Shown: positions 29,233 through 39,108, numbered from the stretch's first letter. The stretch is DNA of 64,000 bases from a virus (IMGVR_UViG_3300036790_000261:24725-88724); one strand, 5' to 3'. Notes: generated from the letters alone by a model not told the origin. Made by a program: numbers and translations.

Positions 29233-29820
29233 ATGCCCGCACCTCGAAAGCACCCTGACCCGGAGCTTGGTACGAAGTTCGGCTACGGAACTGTGCTCGC
29301 TCTCGTTACTTTTAAGCGCACGACGAACCGGCAAACCTGGGAACGCGGGGCTGTCCTTGGGTGTGACTGCGGGAACGAGTACCTCGCTGATTTGTCCGCC
29401 CTGTACCGCGGTAGCCGAAAATCCTGCGGGTGCAAGCGCAAGAAGAGAGGCTTCGTCGCTACGCCGGGATACGCGGGCCACGCTCTCTACTACACCTGGC
29501 ACGGCATGATGGACCGCTGCTACAACCCTGACGTCAGGAACTACAGGTGGTACGGAGGCCGAGGTATAACAGTCTGCTGTGAATGGCAGGGCCTGGAGGG
29601 TCTTCGCAACTTCGTTGTCTACGTCACCTGCGTTCTCGGGCCACGACCTACTGGATGCACGCTCGATCGGATTGACAACGCCTGTGGGTACGAGCCGGGT
29701 AACGTGCGCTGGGCGACAAGAGCTGAACAAGAAGAGAACAAACGCCTGTGGTGGGAAGACAGCACGACAGTTCGACAGCGCACAGAGAGGTGGAGGAAGA
29801 GCATGGGTTACGGAAGCTGA
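29233..29820 (+). CDS. HNH homing endonuclease
   Basis: CDCGNEY...YGGRGITVCCEW...EPGNVRWATRAEQ. Paralog of 12222..12767. Confidence 0.7.
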   Translation: MPAPRKHPDPELGTKFGYGTVLALVTFKRTTNRQTWERGAVLGCDCGNEYLADLSALYRGSRKSCGCKRKKRGFVATPGYAGHALYYTWHGMMDRCYNPDVRNYRWYGGRGITVCCEWQGLEGLRNFVVYVTCVLGPRPTGCTLDRIDNACGYEPGNVRWATRAEQEENKRLWWEDSTTVRQRTERWRKSMGYGS

Positions 29821-29978
29821 GTTCCTGACGGGCGTTCCTGCACTGGTTTTCGTGTCTCACATGGCCCGTCGGGATGACCTTAGTCGCCTGAAATCTTTGC
29901 GTCTTGCATACTGTTAGGTAGGTCCTGAGGCCGTATGCGGAGCCAGGTTCTCGCCGGAGCGAATGACGAGGGAGAGCC

Positions 29979-30365
29979 GTGCCAGGGACCGAGGACAACC
30001 CCGTGCTGGGCCCGGTGCCTCAGCAGAAGCGCGGCCTGACCCGCCGGGAGAAGCTGTTCGCGGGCGCGATGATCTTGCTGTTCGTGGTGCTGAGCGCAGG
30101 CACCCTGATCAGCCAGCAGCTGCAGCAGAGCAGCTTCGAGACGACGATCACGACCAACCACAACGCGAACCTCCAGCGCCAGGCAGCGCAGTCCGCCGCG
30201 ATTGAGGCGAAGCTGTGCAAGACCCTGAAGCCGCTGGTCCCCCTGGCGAAGCTGAGGGCGCCTGCTGGTGACCCGGCGAGCAACCCGTCGCGTGCGTTCG
30301 AGCAGCAGCTTGTCATCAGGCTTGCCCCGCTCGCCCAGCTCGGGTCCGACATCGGGTGCCCGTGA
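29979..30365 (+). CDS. membrane protein (one N-terminal TM helix, Gln-rich)
   Basis: TM helix ILLFVVLSAGTLI. It follows the tail genes and is a possible lysis-associated or holin-like gene, without proof. Confidence 0.4.
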   Translation: MPGTEDNPVLGPVPQQKRGLTRREKLFAGAMILLFVVLSAGTLISQQLQQSSFETTITTNHNANLQRQAAQSAAIEAKLCKTLKPLVPLAKLRAPAGDPASNPSRAFEQQLVIRLAPLAQLGSDIGCP

Positions 30366-30727
30366 ACCCAGCGTGGGTTGCTGCGATTGTAGCCCTCGCC
30401 GGGATTGTCGCAACGGCCGTCGGCTGGCTGCTGCGCAAGTCTTACCATGCCTTCCGGACAATCGAGGCGTTTCGCGAGGACTGGAACGGCGTCCCGGCTG
30501 ACGTTAACCACGTGGCCCGCCCGGGTGTCTTGCAGCGGGTGAACATGATGGAGCAGACCGTTGACGGCCTGGCGGTCCAGCTGTCTGACGTGCAGGGTCA
30601 GGTGCACCTCAACAGCGGGCACTCGATGCGCGACGAGGTGCAGCGGATCGAGGCCGCGGTTGAGATGCTGACCGGCAAGATGGATGACGTGCAGAACACT
30701 GTGGACGTGCTGAAGGCCCGCCCCTAG
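30356..30727 (+). CDS. membrane protein (N-terminal TM helix plus coiled coil)
   Basis: TM helix WVAAIVALAGIVATAVGWLL followed by a coiled-coil-like tail. Confidence 0.4.
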   Translation: MPVNPAWVAAIVALAGIVATAVGWLLRKSYHAFRTIEAFREDWNGVPADVNHVARPGVLQRVNMMEQTVDGLAVQLSDVQGQVHLNSGHSMRDEVQRIEAAVEMLTGKMDDVQNTVDVLKARP

Positions 30728-30776
30728 GCGATTTCCCATTGGCGCGCGTTCATGGTTTGGCCTGGGGGCGGGCCTG

Positions 30777-30792
30777 ACTGCCACGTGGCAGT
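30777..30792. promoter_or_regulatory. conserved palindrome ACTGCCACGTGGCAGT, copy 3
   Basis: Perfect 16-mer at the convergent junction of forward and reverse genes. Confidence 0.5.
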
Positions 30793-30898
30793 TAGCAGAC
30801 GCAGGAAAGGCTGTGCACGGTGCAGCCCCGGTTTACGCAGTACGAGCAGATAAGGCACATCGTGCAGCCGCGCCGGCGAGAACGCCGCATACGAGAGG

Positions 30899-31384
30899 TC
30901 ACTGCTTTCCTTCCTCCGGCTTCGCGTGACGGGCCGGGGGCGTTTCCTGCTTGGCCGCACGCTTCCGCCGGGCTTCCTCCCGGTCCCGGCGAACAGAGTC
31001 GGCGTGCTTGATCCGGCCGCCTGCCTGCCTGCCGAGCTTGCGGGCCAGGTTCTCCAGGGCCCGCTTGACCGCGATCGCGGTGCCGGTCTCCGGGTCGTAC
31101 TCGTCGGCGTTGTCCCGCTTGGACCAGCCGGTCGCCGTCATGATCGCCGGCCCGTACCCGTCAGCAGACAGGGTTGCCCGTGCCACAGTCGCGTGCGGGT
31201 CGGTGAGAACCTGCACCTGTACGAGAACCGACTCAGGAACGCCCGCCTGGACAGGAAAAGGCACAGGCACGGGCGGGTACGACGGCAGCTGGTACTGACC
31301 CTGCGGGGCCATCGGGGCGAAGATGCCCGGCTGTTGTTTCTTTGGCTTGTTCACACTTGTCACTTTCGTTTCGAGCAGGGGCAT
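30899..31384 (-). CDS. hypothetical protein with a basic C-terminal tail
   Basis: The ATG (MPLLETK) overlaps the end of the upstream Cys-rich mini-gene. High GC3. Confidence 0.5.
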   Translation of the reverse strand: MPLLETKVTSVNKPKKQQPGIFAPMAPQGQYQLPSYPPVPVPFPVQAGVPESVLVQVQVLTDPHATVARATLSADGYGPAIMTATGWSKRDNADEYDPETGTAIAVKRALENLARKLGRQAGGRIKHADSVRRDREEARRKRAAKQETPPARHAKPEEGKQ

Positions 31385-31509
31385 TCCGGGCAGCGGCACG
31401 TGCACGGCGGCAGGCACACGCAGGGAGAGTACGTATAGACAGGGCCGCTGCCGCCCGCCCCCGAGCGCACGTTCACCGGGACTTGGTCACAGCACTTGTC
31501 GTCGTCCAC
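31360..31509 (-). CDS. tiny Cys-rich metallothionein-like peptide (49 aa, 11 Cys)
   Basis: MDDDKCCDQ...SPCVCLPPCTCRCPECPCSKRK. The GTG overlaps the TAG of the SPFH gene (TAGTG). High GC3. Confidence 0.4.
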   Translation of the reverse strand: MDDDKCCDQVPVNVRSGAGGSGPVYTYSPCVCLPPCTCRCPECPCSKRK

Positions 31510-32447
31510 TACTTGCCCGCTGAGGCCGTCGGGATGACGATGCCCGACCCGCTGCCGGGCCAGCAGGAGCCGCCTGCCGGGACTGTGATCTGCCCGGCAG
31601 CCCAGGCGCTCATGCACTGCTGCACGAGGACCAGCGGGTTGTTGGCCAGGTTCTGCTCAAGCAGCTTGTTAGCTGCCGCCTGGGCAGATGCCGTCTTCTC
31701 TGCCTCGGTGGCAACGACTGTCTTGGCTGCCTGGTTGGTGGCCGCGTTGATCTGGTTCTGCACGGTGGTGTCGTAGGTCAGGGGCTTGAGGTTGAGGGTC
31801 GCGATGTTGATGTCACTGCCGACCCGTCCCTTCAGCGCTGTCTCGATCAGGCCACCTAGCTGGACTGTGCTCGGATTAGTCGGGCTGCCGGCCTTCGCGC
31901 CTGTGGCAAGCGGGGTGATCGGGTCGTACCCGTCGAGCACGGTGTTGGTGGCGGCGTTCAGCTCCGGGTCTAGCAACCCGCTCTGCAGGCCGGCTGTCGT
32001 CTTGTAGTTCGCGAAGATGTCGTCGGCCGCAGGGACGGCAGCGTTCCACCGAACCTGGACCGTTGCCTGCGCGGTCTGGCCGCCGGCAATGCGGACTGTG
32101 AACGTCTCGTCGGTCAGCTGGTAGCTGTCGTCGATGGTGGTGACGTTGTCCCAGGGCGCAGTCAGGTCGGGCCCTGGACCCTCGTGCCCGGCAAGCGCGC
32201 CGAACGACGTGACGATCCCGATGTCCCGGGTGCCGACGATGTTGAACGAGCTGACAAACACCAGCAGGCAGGTGAAGGCGGCGCAGGAGACAGCGAGGCC
32301 GAATGCCCAGGCATGCACGAGAGCGCCATCGGCCAGGCCACCGCGGGACGTCCTCTTGCCCTTCTCCGAGTGGCTGAGCCGCGCTAGAACAGCGAAGCCG
32401 ACTGTGAACGCCGCGACGATGATCGCGAAGGTGAAAATTCCTGACAC
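31509..32447 (-). CDS. SPFH/band-7 (stomatin/prohibitin-like) membrane protein
   Basis: Two N-terminal TM helices, then the SPFH core IVGTRDIGIVTSFGALAGHEGPGPD...TVRIAGGQTAQATVQVRW. Confidence 0.65.
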   Translation of the reverse strand: MSGIFTFAIIVAAFTVGFAVLARLSHSEKGKRTSRGGLADGALVHAWAFGLAVSCAAFTCLLVFVSSFNIVGTRDIGIVTSFGALAGHEGPGPDLTAPWDNVTTIDDSYQLTDETFTVRIAGGQTAQATVQVRWNAAVPAADDIFANYKTTAGLQSGLLDPELNAATNTVLDGYDPITPLATGAKAGSPTNPSTVQLGGLIETALKGRVGSDINIATLNLKPLTYDTTVQNQINAATNQAAKTVVATEAEKTASAQAAANKLLEQNLANNPLVLVQQCMSAWAAGQITVPAGGSCWPGSGSGIVIPTASAGK

Positions 32448-32561
32448 GCAGGACTCACTTCCTGTTTTCGGGGGTGTGCATGCCTGATCTTAACTTACGT
32501 CGCACAGTAGGTATTCCGTTACCTCCGCTGGAATGTCGGGGTCCCTCGCTAAGCTGGCCGC

Positions 32562-32981
32562 ATGACAAGTGTGGACAGGGCAATCGCCGACGCGCTGACT
32601 GCCGAGTACCAGGGGCGGACCCAGCTGACCGGCCAGCCTGAGGTCGTCATCGTGGACGTACCGCCGGAGAGCAAGCTAGAGCAGCTGCTGTGCCTGGAGG
32701 AGAAGCTGCGCAGCGCGCACGAGGCGGCCGACGCCAACTGGGACGAGTGGAAGAAGGCGGTCAGCGGCGAGCTCGGCAGGCTGTACCCCGGTGAGGCCGC
32801 CCCGACCAAGGCATTCGAGATCACCGGCGGCCCGATGTGGAAGGCGCTGACGGTCAGCTGGCGCAACGGCAAGGAGTACCTGCCGACCACCCTGATCAAG
32901 CAGCACATCCCGCAGGTGTGGAACGCGTTCAAGAAGACGTCCGCGGGATACTGGGACATCAGGCGAAAGGGCAAGCGGTGA
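32562..32981 (+). CDS. hypothetical protein
   Basis: ATG start, high GC3. Confidence 0.5.
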   Translation: MTSVDRAIADALTAEYQGRTQLTGQPEVVIVDVPPESKLEQLLCLEEKLRSAHEAADANWDEWKKAVSGELGRLYPGEAAPTKAFEITGGPMWKALTVSWRNGKEYLPTTLIKQHIPQVWNAFKKTSAGYWDIRRKGKR

Positions 32982-33166
32982 GCCTGTCTAACGTCTGGGC
33001 CGAGGATCTCGACGACGTGTCCCTGACCTTCCTGTACCGCATCCTGAACCGGATGATCGAGAACGGGCACAGGGGGCTTGAATCAAAAAGCGAGCAGGAC
33101 ATCGCATGGGCGGTCAAGCATGAGTACGAGGAGCGGGCTGCGCTACCAGACACGCGGGTGTTCTAG
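32978..33166 (+). CDS. hypothetical small protein (62 aa)
   Basis: The GTG overlaps the upstream TGA. It is coupled to the downstream ATG through a TAGATG overlap. Confidence 0.4.
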   Translation: MSLSNVWAEDLDDVSLTFLYRILNRMIENGHRGLESKSEQDIAWAVKHEYEERAALPDTRVF

Positions 33167-34999
33167 ATGGGCCTGGCATCGGAGTTCATGGCCTCAGCAC
33201 CGCGCTCTCCTAATGCCAGCGACGCGTGGGCAGAGCGGTACGGCGGGGAGCTGCGCGGGATCGTCACCCGGTACGCCGCGCGGATGCCCCGGTCCGTGCA
33301 GAAGCACCTCGGCCCCTCGGAGCTCGGGCACGAGTGCCTGTCTGGCGACACCGAGGTAGTGACCCGTTACGGTCTCCGTCAGATCTCGGAGCTGGCGGGC
33401 GCTGAGCCCGAACTGCTCGTGCCGATGCGGTACGAGGGAAGCGAGATCCGGAAGCACTGGGGCAGGTTCCAGCAGGTTCCTGTCACCTGCTTCGGTGAGC
33501 GTGAGCTGCTTAAAGTCACACTGCGCCGGAATCAGGCAACGAAAGTCATCCACGCGACGGCAGACCATCACTGGTTCCGTTCGTACTGGTCGGGCAAGGT
33601 CAAGAAGCAGGAACGCCTTGCCACGACTGAGCTGAGACCAGGGCACAAGCTCACGCAGCTCCGCCGGGCGATGCCACGGACGACCGCGCTGATGCCTGTC
33701 GCCGTTGCGCAGGGGTTCGTGTTCGGTGACGGTACGAAGGGCAGCAGTGACAGCAAGCATCGGGCCGCCGTCCTGAGCCTGTACCAGAACGGCAAGGACG
33801 AGGCGATGCTGCGCTTCTTCCCGGGCGAGCACAAGCAGTACAAGGACTCCGGTCACGCGCATACCTACATCCGGAACCTGCCTCGTTACTGGAAGGAGCT
33901 TCCTCCTGTCGATGAGTCTTGCTCGTTCCTGGTCAGCTGGCTGGCCGGCTACTTCGCTGCCGACGGTTCAGTGGGCGCTGATGACGGGCACTGCTCGATC
34001 TCGTCCGCCGACTGGGCGCACCTGGATTTCGTGCGCAGCGTCGCTGCTGTCTGCGGAATCGGGTACGGGCAGGTTACGACTGGGCTGCGCATCGGGATCA
34101 GCGGGAGCAAGCCCGCGGCAAAAGCAACTCCGCTGTACCGGCTCAGCCTCCGGCGCAGAGACCTGCCTGCGTGGTTCTTCCTGGTCGAGGAGCACCGTCG
34201 CCGGGCAGAAACTGCTAACGCTACCGCTGAGCGTGATCCACACTGGCTGGTCGAGTCTGTCGAACCGACGGGCCGCGTTGAGCCGGTGTACTGCGCGACG
34301 GTTGAAGGCGCTCACGCTTTCGGCCTTGCCGATGACCTGATGACAGGCAACTGCGACCGCCAGGTAGTGGCGAAGATGTCGGGCAGCCCAGTTACTAATC
34401 ACGTGGCGGACCCGTGGGCGTCGATCATGGGCACGGCCGGGCACGCGTTCGTCGCGGACGCATTCGACTGGGACAACAAGCACAACAACTACCTGCGCTG
34501 GCTGACTGAGGCACGGGTTACCCCCGACCCCGGTCCCGACCCGCACCCCGGCACCGCTGACCTGTATGACACCTACAGCCGCTGCGTGATCGACCACAAG
34601 TTCCAGGGTGACTCCACCCGGGGCAGGCTGAAGTCCAAGGGCCCGCCGCGGCACTACTACGTGCAGCTGCTGCTCTACCGGCAGGGCTACCTGAACCTGG
34701 GGCTGCCCGTCGAGCGGGTGGTGATCGTCAGCTGGCCGCGAACGAAGTCGACACTGGACGACATGTACGTGTGGTCGCACGTGCCGGTCCCGGAGGACGA
34801 CCTGCTGGTGCGCGACGTGCTGGCGGCGACGGGGTTCCGGCAGTACCTCGCTGCCCTGGTGCGCGCCGGGCAGTTCGACCTGATGGACGTTCCCGCTGTG
34901 CCGGAAGATAACGAGTGCTATTTTTGCGGTCTCTACCGGCCCCAGTCGGCCCATGACGGCAAGTACGGCTGCGCGGGGACGCTGATGAAGGAGAAGTGA
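33167..34999 (+). CDS. PD-(D/E)XK Cas4/RecB-like exonuclease interrupted by an intein
   Basis: Extein: ADLYD...VIDHKF (D...DxK), a QLLLYRQGY (QxxxY) motif, and a C-terminal CYFCGLY...C Cys cluster. Intein: CLSGDTEVV at its N-terminus, two LAGLIDADG motifs (GFVFGDGT, LAGYFAADGSV), and it ends ...LMTGN before +1 Cys. Confidence 0.6.
   Translation: MGLASEFMASAPRSPNASDAWAERYGGELRGIVTRYAARMPRSVQKHLGPSELGHECLSGDTEVVTRYGLRQISELAGAEPELLVPMRYEGSEIRKHWGRFQQVPVTCFGERELLKVTLRRNQATKVIHATADHHWFRSYWSGKVKKQERLATTELRPGHKLTQLRRAMPRTTALMPVAVAQGFVFGDGTKGSSDSKHRAAVLSLYQNGKDEAMLRFFPGEHKQYKDSGHAHTYIRNLPRYWKELPPVDESCSFLVSWLAGYFAADGSVGADDGHCSISSADWAHLDFVRSVAAVCGIGYGQVTTGLRIGISGSKPAAKATPLYRLSLRRRDLPAWFFLVEEHRRRAETANATAERDPHWLVESVEPTGRVEPVYCATVEGAHAFGLADDLMTGNCDRQVVAKMSGSPVTNHVADPWASIMGTAGHAFVADAFDWDNKHNNYLRWLTEARVTPDPGPDPHPGTADLYDTYSRCVIDHKFQGDSTRGRLKSKGPPRHYYVQLLLYRQGYLNLGLPVERVVIVSWPRTKSTLDDMYVWSHVPVPEDDLLVRDVLAATGFRQYLAALVRAGQFDLMDVPAVPEDNECYFCGLYRPQSAHDGKYGCAGTLMKEK
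33335..34351 (+). mobile_element. intein (Hint domain plus LAGLIDADG homing endonuclease), about 339 aa in frame
   Basis: It begins at Cys57 (CLSGDTEV) and ends at Asn395 (TGN) before the C-extein CDRQ. The boundaries are estimated from motifs. Confidence 0.5.
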
Positions 35000-35060
35000 T
35001 GGGGTCTGTCACCTGCCTGCGCGGGTGCCCGTACTACGTTAAGGAGAACGGCGTCTGGGT

Positions 35061-35348
35061 GTGCGGCGTGTGCAGGACCCTGAGGTAGGAGGCGCGGTGT
35101 ACCACGCGGAGCTGAACATGAACGAGGCCCGGCGCCGCGTGGTGCTGTCCACCGTCGGGGACACCGTCGCCGGGGACGTCTTCTACCTGGTTTCCGACCC
35201 GGCGGAAGTCTGGCTGCGGGTCTACCCGGCGGCGCACGAGTACCCGTTCGTGAAGTTCGGGGTCGACGTGTGGCACTCGGTCGAGACCCTCGGCGACCTG
35301 CGGGAGCGGGTCATCATCATCCACAACACCAAGGAGAGCAGCACGTGA
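35061..35348 (+). CDS. hypothetical protein
   Basis: ATG start, high GC3. Confidence 0.45.
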   Translation: MRRVQDPEVGGAVYHAELNMNEARRRVVLSTVGDTVAGDVFYLVSDPAEVWLRVYPAAHEYPFVKFGVDVWHSVETLGDLRERVIIIHNTKESST

Positions 35349-36007
35349 CTCAGCAGGGATACCGGCACCGGATCGTCATCCAGGACCGGTCAGGAAGCAT
35401 GGGCCAGATCCTCGAAGGCGCGCAGAGCGGCCTGGACGAGTTCATCGCCGGCGAGGCGAAGCTGCCGGGCAAGGTGACGGTCAGCCTGTGGGACTTCGAT
35501 ACTGAGATCCGCTGCGTGCACTCGCTGGCGGAGGCGGTCCTCGGGTACAAGATCGAGCCGCGCGGCGGAACTGCGATGTACGACGCGATCGGCGACGCGG
35601 TGACCGAAGAGGGCCGGAAGCTCGCGGCCCTGCCCGAGGACGAGCGGCCGGAAGACGTCACGATGATCATCGCGTCCGACGGGCTGGAGAACCGCTCCGT
35701 GAATTACACCGGCCAACAGGTGAGGGAAATGCTGGAGCACCAGCAGGGCTACTACAAGTGGCGGGTCATCTACATGGGCTGCAACCAGGACGCGCTGAAG
35801 GAAGGCGCGAAGATGGGCACCCAGTCGGGGCTGACGGTGAACACGGCTGGCACCAACTCCGGCGCTTCCAGGGGCTGGAAGATGTCATCGGACTACATGA
35901 GCCGGGTTCCCGTTGCCTCGGCGGCCTCCGGTCAGAGCGTCTTCTTCACCCCGAAGGAGCGGGCGCTTGGCGAGTCTGCCGAAGAGGCTGGCCCCGAGGA
36001 GGAGTAG
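35345..36007 (+). CDS. von Willebrand factor A (VWA) domain protein
   Basis: MIDAS motif IVIQDRSGSMG. The GTG overlaps the upstream TGA. Confidence 0.6.
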   Translation: MTQQGYRHRIVIQDRSGSMGQILEGAQSGLDEFIAGEAKLPGKVTVSLWDFDTEIRCVHSLAEAVLGYKIEPRGGTAMYDAIGDAVTEEGRKLAALPEDERPEDVTMIIASDGLENRSVNYTGQQVREMLEHQQGYYKWRVIYMGCNQDALKEGAKMGTQSGLTVNTAGTNSGASRGWKMSSDYMSRVPVASAASGQSVFFTPKERALGESAEEAGPEEE

Positions 36008-36314
36008 CTGCTAGGTTGGCACGCACGGAGCACCTGAACCGAACACCGACAGGCGTAACGTACGACGCTCAAAGTGACAGGTCAGGCAAAAGCTCCCAGG
36101 CGGAGGCAGTGTCCCCAGCGGGCACAGAATTCCCAGCTGACTCATTAACAGGCCTAACAGCCGGGGTCAGCCAGGGCTCAGGAAGTCCTCCAGGGCCAGG
36201 GTAGTTAGGGGCGGCGTCACAGCCAGGTACAAGGCGCCGGCGCCGCCCCGCACAAGGATCAATGCTCACGGACCATGGACAAGCTCAGTTCTCACGGACC
36301 AAGGACAAAGGATC

Positions 36315-37688
36315 TTGACTCAGCAGCCTTACCAGCAGCAGCAGGGATACCCCGGGCAGCCGAATTACGCTCCCGCCCCGGGGTACCCTCCTGCTCAGCC
36401 CGGTTACGCCGTTCAGCCGTACCAGCAGCAGCCTCCCCCTCAGCAGTACTACAGCCCGCAGCCCGCTCCGACCGGGTACCAGCCCCAGCAGCCGGGTTAC
36501 CCGCCGCAGAACGGCTACGGCCAGCCGCCCCAGCCCCCGCAGCCCGAACTGCCGCGCGGCAGCCTCAAGGACTACGTTGACCAGCCCGCGGGCGGCTTCG
36601 GCCCGTCGCTCGCGTTCCCCCAGGCGGGCACCCAGTACTGGTGCACCGTCGCGCGGAACGTCGGCGACGCGGACATCAAGCCGCAGACTGACATGATCAC
36701 CGGCGAGGTGCGGACGTTCCCGGACGGCCGGGTCAAGTGGATGATGTGCGTCCCGGTGCTGATGCAGCCGTCCCCGCAGTACCCGGAGGGCATCGCCACC
36801 TGGTACGTGAAGGGCAACGACCGCGCCGAGATGACCCGCGCGATGGAAGCGGCCGGCGTCGGGATCGACCCAGCGACCGGCACCCTGTTCCCGCCGCGCG
36901 CCGGCGACACCTTCCACGTGCACTTCACCCACGAGTCGGCCAGCAGCGGCAAGGGCCGGAACCCGACGAAGGTCAAGCGGGTCACCTACACGATGGGCAA
37001 CGGCGAGGCCCCGCCCCCGCAGGTCGTGCAGGGCCAGGTCATTCAGGCGTACCAGCAGGCGACGGGTCAGCAGATGCCCGGGGCCTTCAGCCAGCCGACG
37101 ATGCAGATGGCCCAGCCTGCCCTTGCGCAGCCGCAGAACCCGACGCAGCAGCTCCCGCCTGTTCTGCAGGGTTACAACCCCCAGCCGGGCTTCGCCTTTC
37201 AGCAGCCGCAGCTCTCGTACCCGCAGAACCCGCCGCAGCAGCCTCAGTACCAGCAGCCTCAGGTTCAGAACAGCATGCAGGGCGCTCCTGTTCCCCAGAA
37301 CGGTTACCAGCAGCCCGACTCTGCACTGGCGTACCAGCAGGCGACGGGCCAGCAGATGCAGCCTCAGCAGCCGGGCCCGTACGGTCAGCCGAACGCGGAC
37401 TGGAACCCGTACGCGCAGCAGCCTCAGCCTCCCCAGCAGCAGTTCGACCCGGCTCAGGCTCAGCAGTTCCAGCAGCAGTACCAGCAGCCGGCGTTCCCTA
37501 CGCCTGCGCCGCCTGTCCCGGGTGGTCCCCCTTCGGGTCCTGCTCAGCCCTCGGGTGCGCCGTCCCCTTCTAGTCCCCCGCCTGGCTGGCCAGCTGACGT
37601 GCCGTTCATGGAGGGGCTGACCCCGGAGATGGCCCGGGTCGCGGCGTCGGTGAAGTACCCGGGCACGCAGATGCCCCCTCAGCAGTAG
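36315..37688 (+). CDS. Pro/Gln-rich low-complexity protein with a central globular domain
   Basis: 457 aa. Long PQ-rich N- and C-terminal regions (QQP, YQQ repeats) flank a roughly 180-aa globular segment. Confidence 0.5.
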   Translation: MTQQPYQQQQGYPGQPNYAPAPGYPPAQPGYAVQPYQQQPPPQQYYSPQPAPTGYQPQQPGYPPQNGYGQPPQPPQPELPRGSLKDYVDQPAGGFGPSLAFPQAGTQYWCTVARNVGDADIKPQTDMITGEVRTFPDGRVKWMMCVPVLMQPSPQYPEGIATWYVKGNDRAEMTRAMEAAGVGIDPATGTLFPPRAGDTFHVHFTHESASSGKGRNPTKVKRVTYTMGNGEAPPPQVVQGQVIQAYQQATGQQMPGAFSQPTMQMAQPALAQPQNPTQQLPPVLQGYNPQPGFAFQQPQLSYPQNPPQQPQYQQPQVQNSMQGAPVPQNGYQQPDSALAYQQATGQQMQPQQPGPYGQPNADWNPYAQQPQPPQQQFDPAQAQQFQQQYQQPAFPTPAPPVPGGPPSGPAQPSGAPSPSSPPPGWPADVPFMEGLTPEMARVAASVKYPGTQMPPQQ

Positions 37689-37780
37689 CGAAACGGGCAG
37701 CGGAATGCTCTGGCCGTGCCGTATGTTACGTATGGCGTCGGCCGGAGCATTCTGGCGTCTACTGACTGACAAGGAAACGC

Positions 37781-39106
37781 GTGAACGACGAAGACTACGA
37801 CTGGATGGCTGGCCCTGCCACCGTCCCCCTTGAGCCTGTCCGCTCAGCCCCGCCGTGGGAGCTAGCGACGCTCACCGATACCCCCGTCGTGCCGGGCTGG
37901 CACACCGACACCATGACGATGGCCGCCCCGGGCGACCTGAAGGAGAACGACGATGATACTGCTGCCCGTCGGAGTGACGATCGCGGTCTACTCCGTGCTC
38001 GTGCTCGGGCTCGCCGCTCGCAGGTTCGCCCGGTGGACGCGCCGGATGTGGGCACCCGTACCCTGACGGTTATCGTCCCGGCGTATAACGAGGCGGCCGG
38101 GCTGCCGGAGACGCTGACCTCGGTGATGCGCCAGACCGAGGCGGCTGACCGGGTCCTGGTGGTTGACGACGGCAGCAGTGACGGCACCGCCGAGGTCGCC
38201 CTGGCCTACGGGGCTGAGGTACTGCGCCGGGACCAGTCGTCGGGCAGCAAGTCAGCAGCACTCAACTACGGGCTGCTGGAGTGCGACACCGACCTGGTGC
38301 TGAACGTGGACGGCGACACGGTTATCGCCGACAACTACGTCAAGCTGGTTAAAGCGGCATTCGCCGACCCGATGGTCGCCGTCGCCGCCGGGTCAGTCGG
38401 GGTGTGGAACCCCAAGGGCATCCTGCAGCGCGGGCGCCAGGCGGAGTACCTGCTTAGCTTCCACCTGTTCCGGCCGGTTCAGAACGCCTGGGGATCGCCC
38501 TTGGTGTGCTCGGGCGCGGCATGCGCCTACGACCGTGAGCCATTGGCTGCCGCGGGCGGGTTCCCGGATGACACCGTCGGGGAGGACATGGACTACACCT
38601 GGCGGATGATGCTCGCCGGGCGCAAGGCGGTGTACGTCGCCGGGGCTGAGTGCTACGCCATCGACCCGAAGACGACCGCGCAGCTGCGCACCCAGTTGTG
38701 GCGGTGGATGTCCGGCTACTTCCAGTGCCTGCGACTGCACTGGCGGGAGATCCTCCGGCACAAGAAGCTGCTGGGCTTGCTGGCGGTGCTGTCCGTCATG
38801 GACCTGCTCAGCCTCCCGCTGTGGCTAGCGACCCCGTTCGCGGTAACCGGCAGCGGGCGGGAGATCGCCGAGACGGCACTGCTCTCGCTGGTCGGCACCG
38901 ACCTGCTGATCTCACTGCCTGTCGTCCTAGTCGGCGCGGCCCGGCGCAAGATCAGCATCTGGTGGACGCTAGCGAGCTTCCCGTGCATCTGGGTGCTGCG
39001 GGCGTTCAACGCCTACTACTTCACCAAGGCAATGATCTGGGAGCTGGCCCTCGTCCCGTGCGAGTGGAAGACCAGCCTGTCCGTCTTCAAGAAAGGCCAC
39101 GCGTAA
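37781..39106 (+). CDS. processive family-2 glycosyltransferase (NodC/chitin/hyaluronan-synthase-like) with C-terminal TM helices
   Basis: LTVIVPAYNE, DGD, and the QLWRW (QxxRW) motif, followed by three or more hydrophobic helices. Confidence 0.7.
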   Translation: MNDEDYDWMAGPATVPLEPVRSAPPWELATLTDTPVVPGWHTDTMTMAAPGDLKENDDDTAARRSDDRGLLRARARARRSQVRPVDAPDVGTRTLTVIVPAYNEAAGLPETLTSVMRQTEAADRVLVVDDGSSDGTAEVALAYGAEVLRRDQSSGSKSAALNYGLLECDTDLVLNVDGDTVIADNYVKLVKAAFADPMVAVAAGSVGVWNPKGILQRGRQAEYLLSFHLFRPVQNAWGSPLVCSGAACAYDREPLAAAGGFPDDTVGEDMDYTWRMMLAGRKAVYVAGAECYAIDPKTTAQLRTQLWRWMSGYFQCLRLHWREILRHKKLLGLLAVLSVMDLLSLPLWLATPFAVTGSGREIAETALLSLVGTDLLISLPVVLVGAARRKISIWWTLASFPCIWVLRAFNAYYFTKAMIWELALVPCEWKTSLSVFKKGHA

Positions 39107-39108
39107 AC

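Noticed and set aside
29979-30727. Calling a lysis cassette (holin plus endolysin)
   Set aside because: Two small membrane proteins follow the tail genes, but no adjacent peptidoglycan hydrolase is present. The only muralytic motifs are the tape measure protein's C-terminal SLT domain and the uncertain glycoside-hydrolase-like 50845..51735. This is insufficient to assign holin or endolysin roles.
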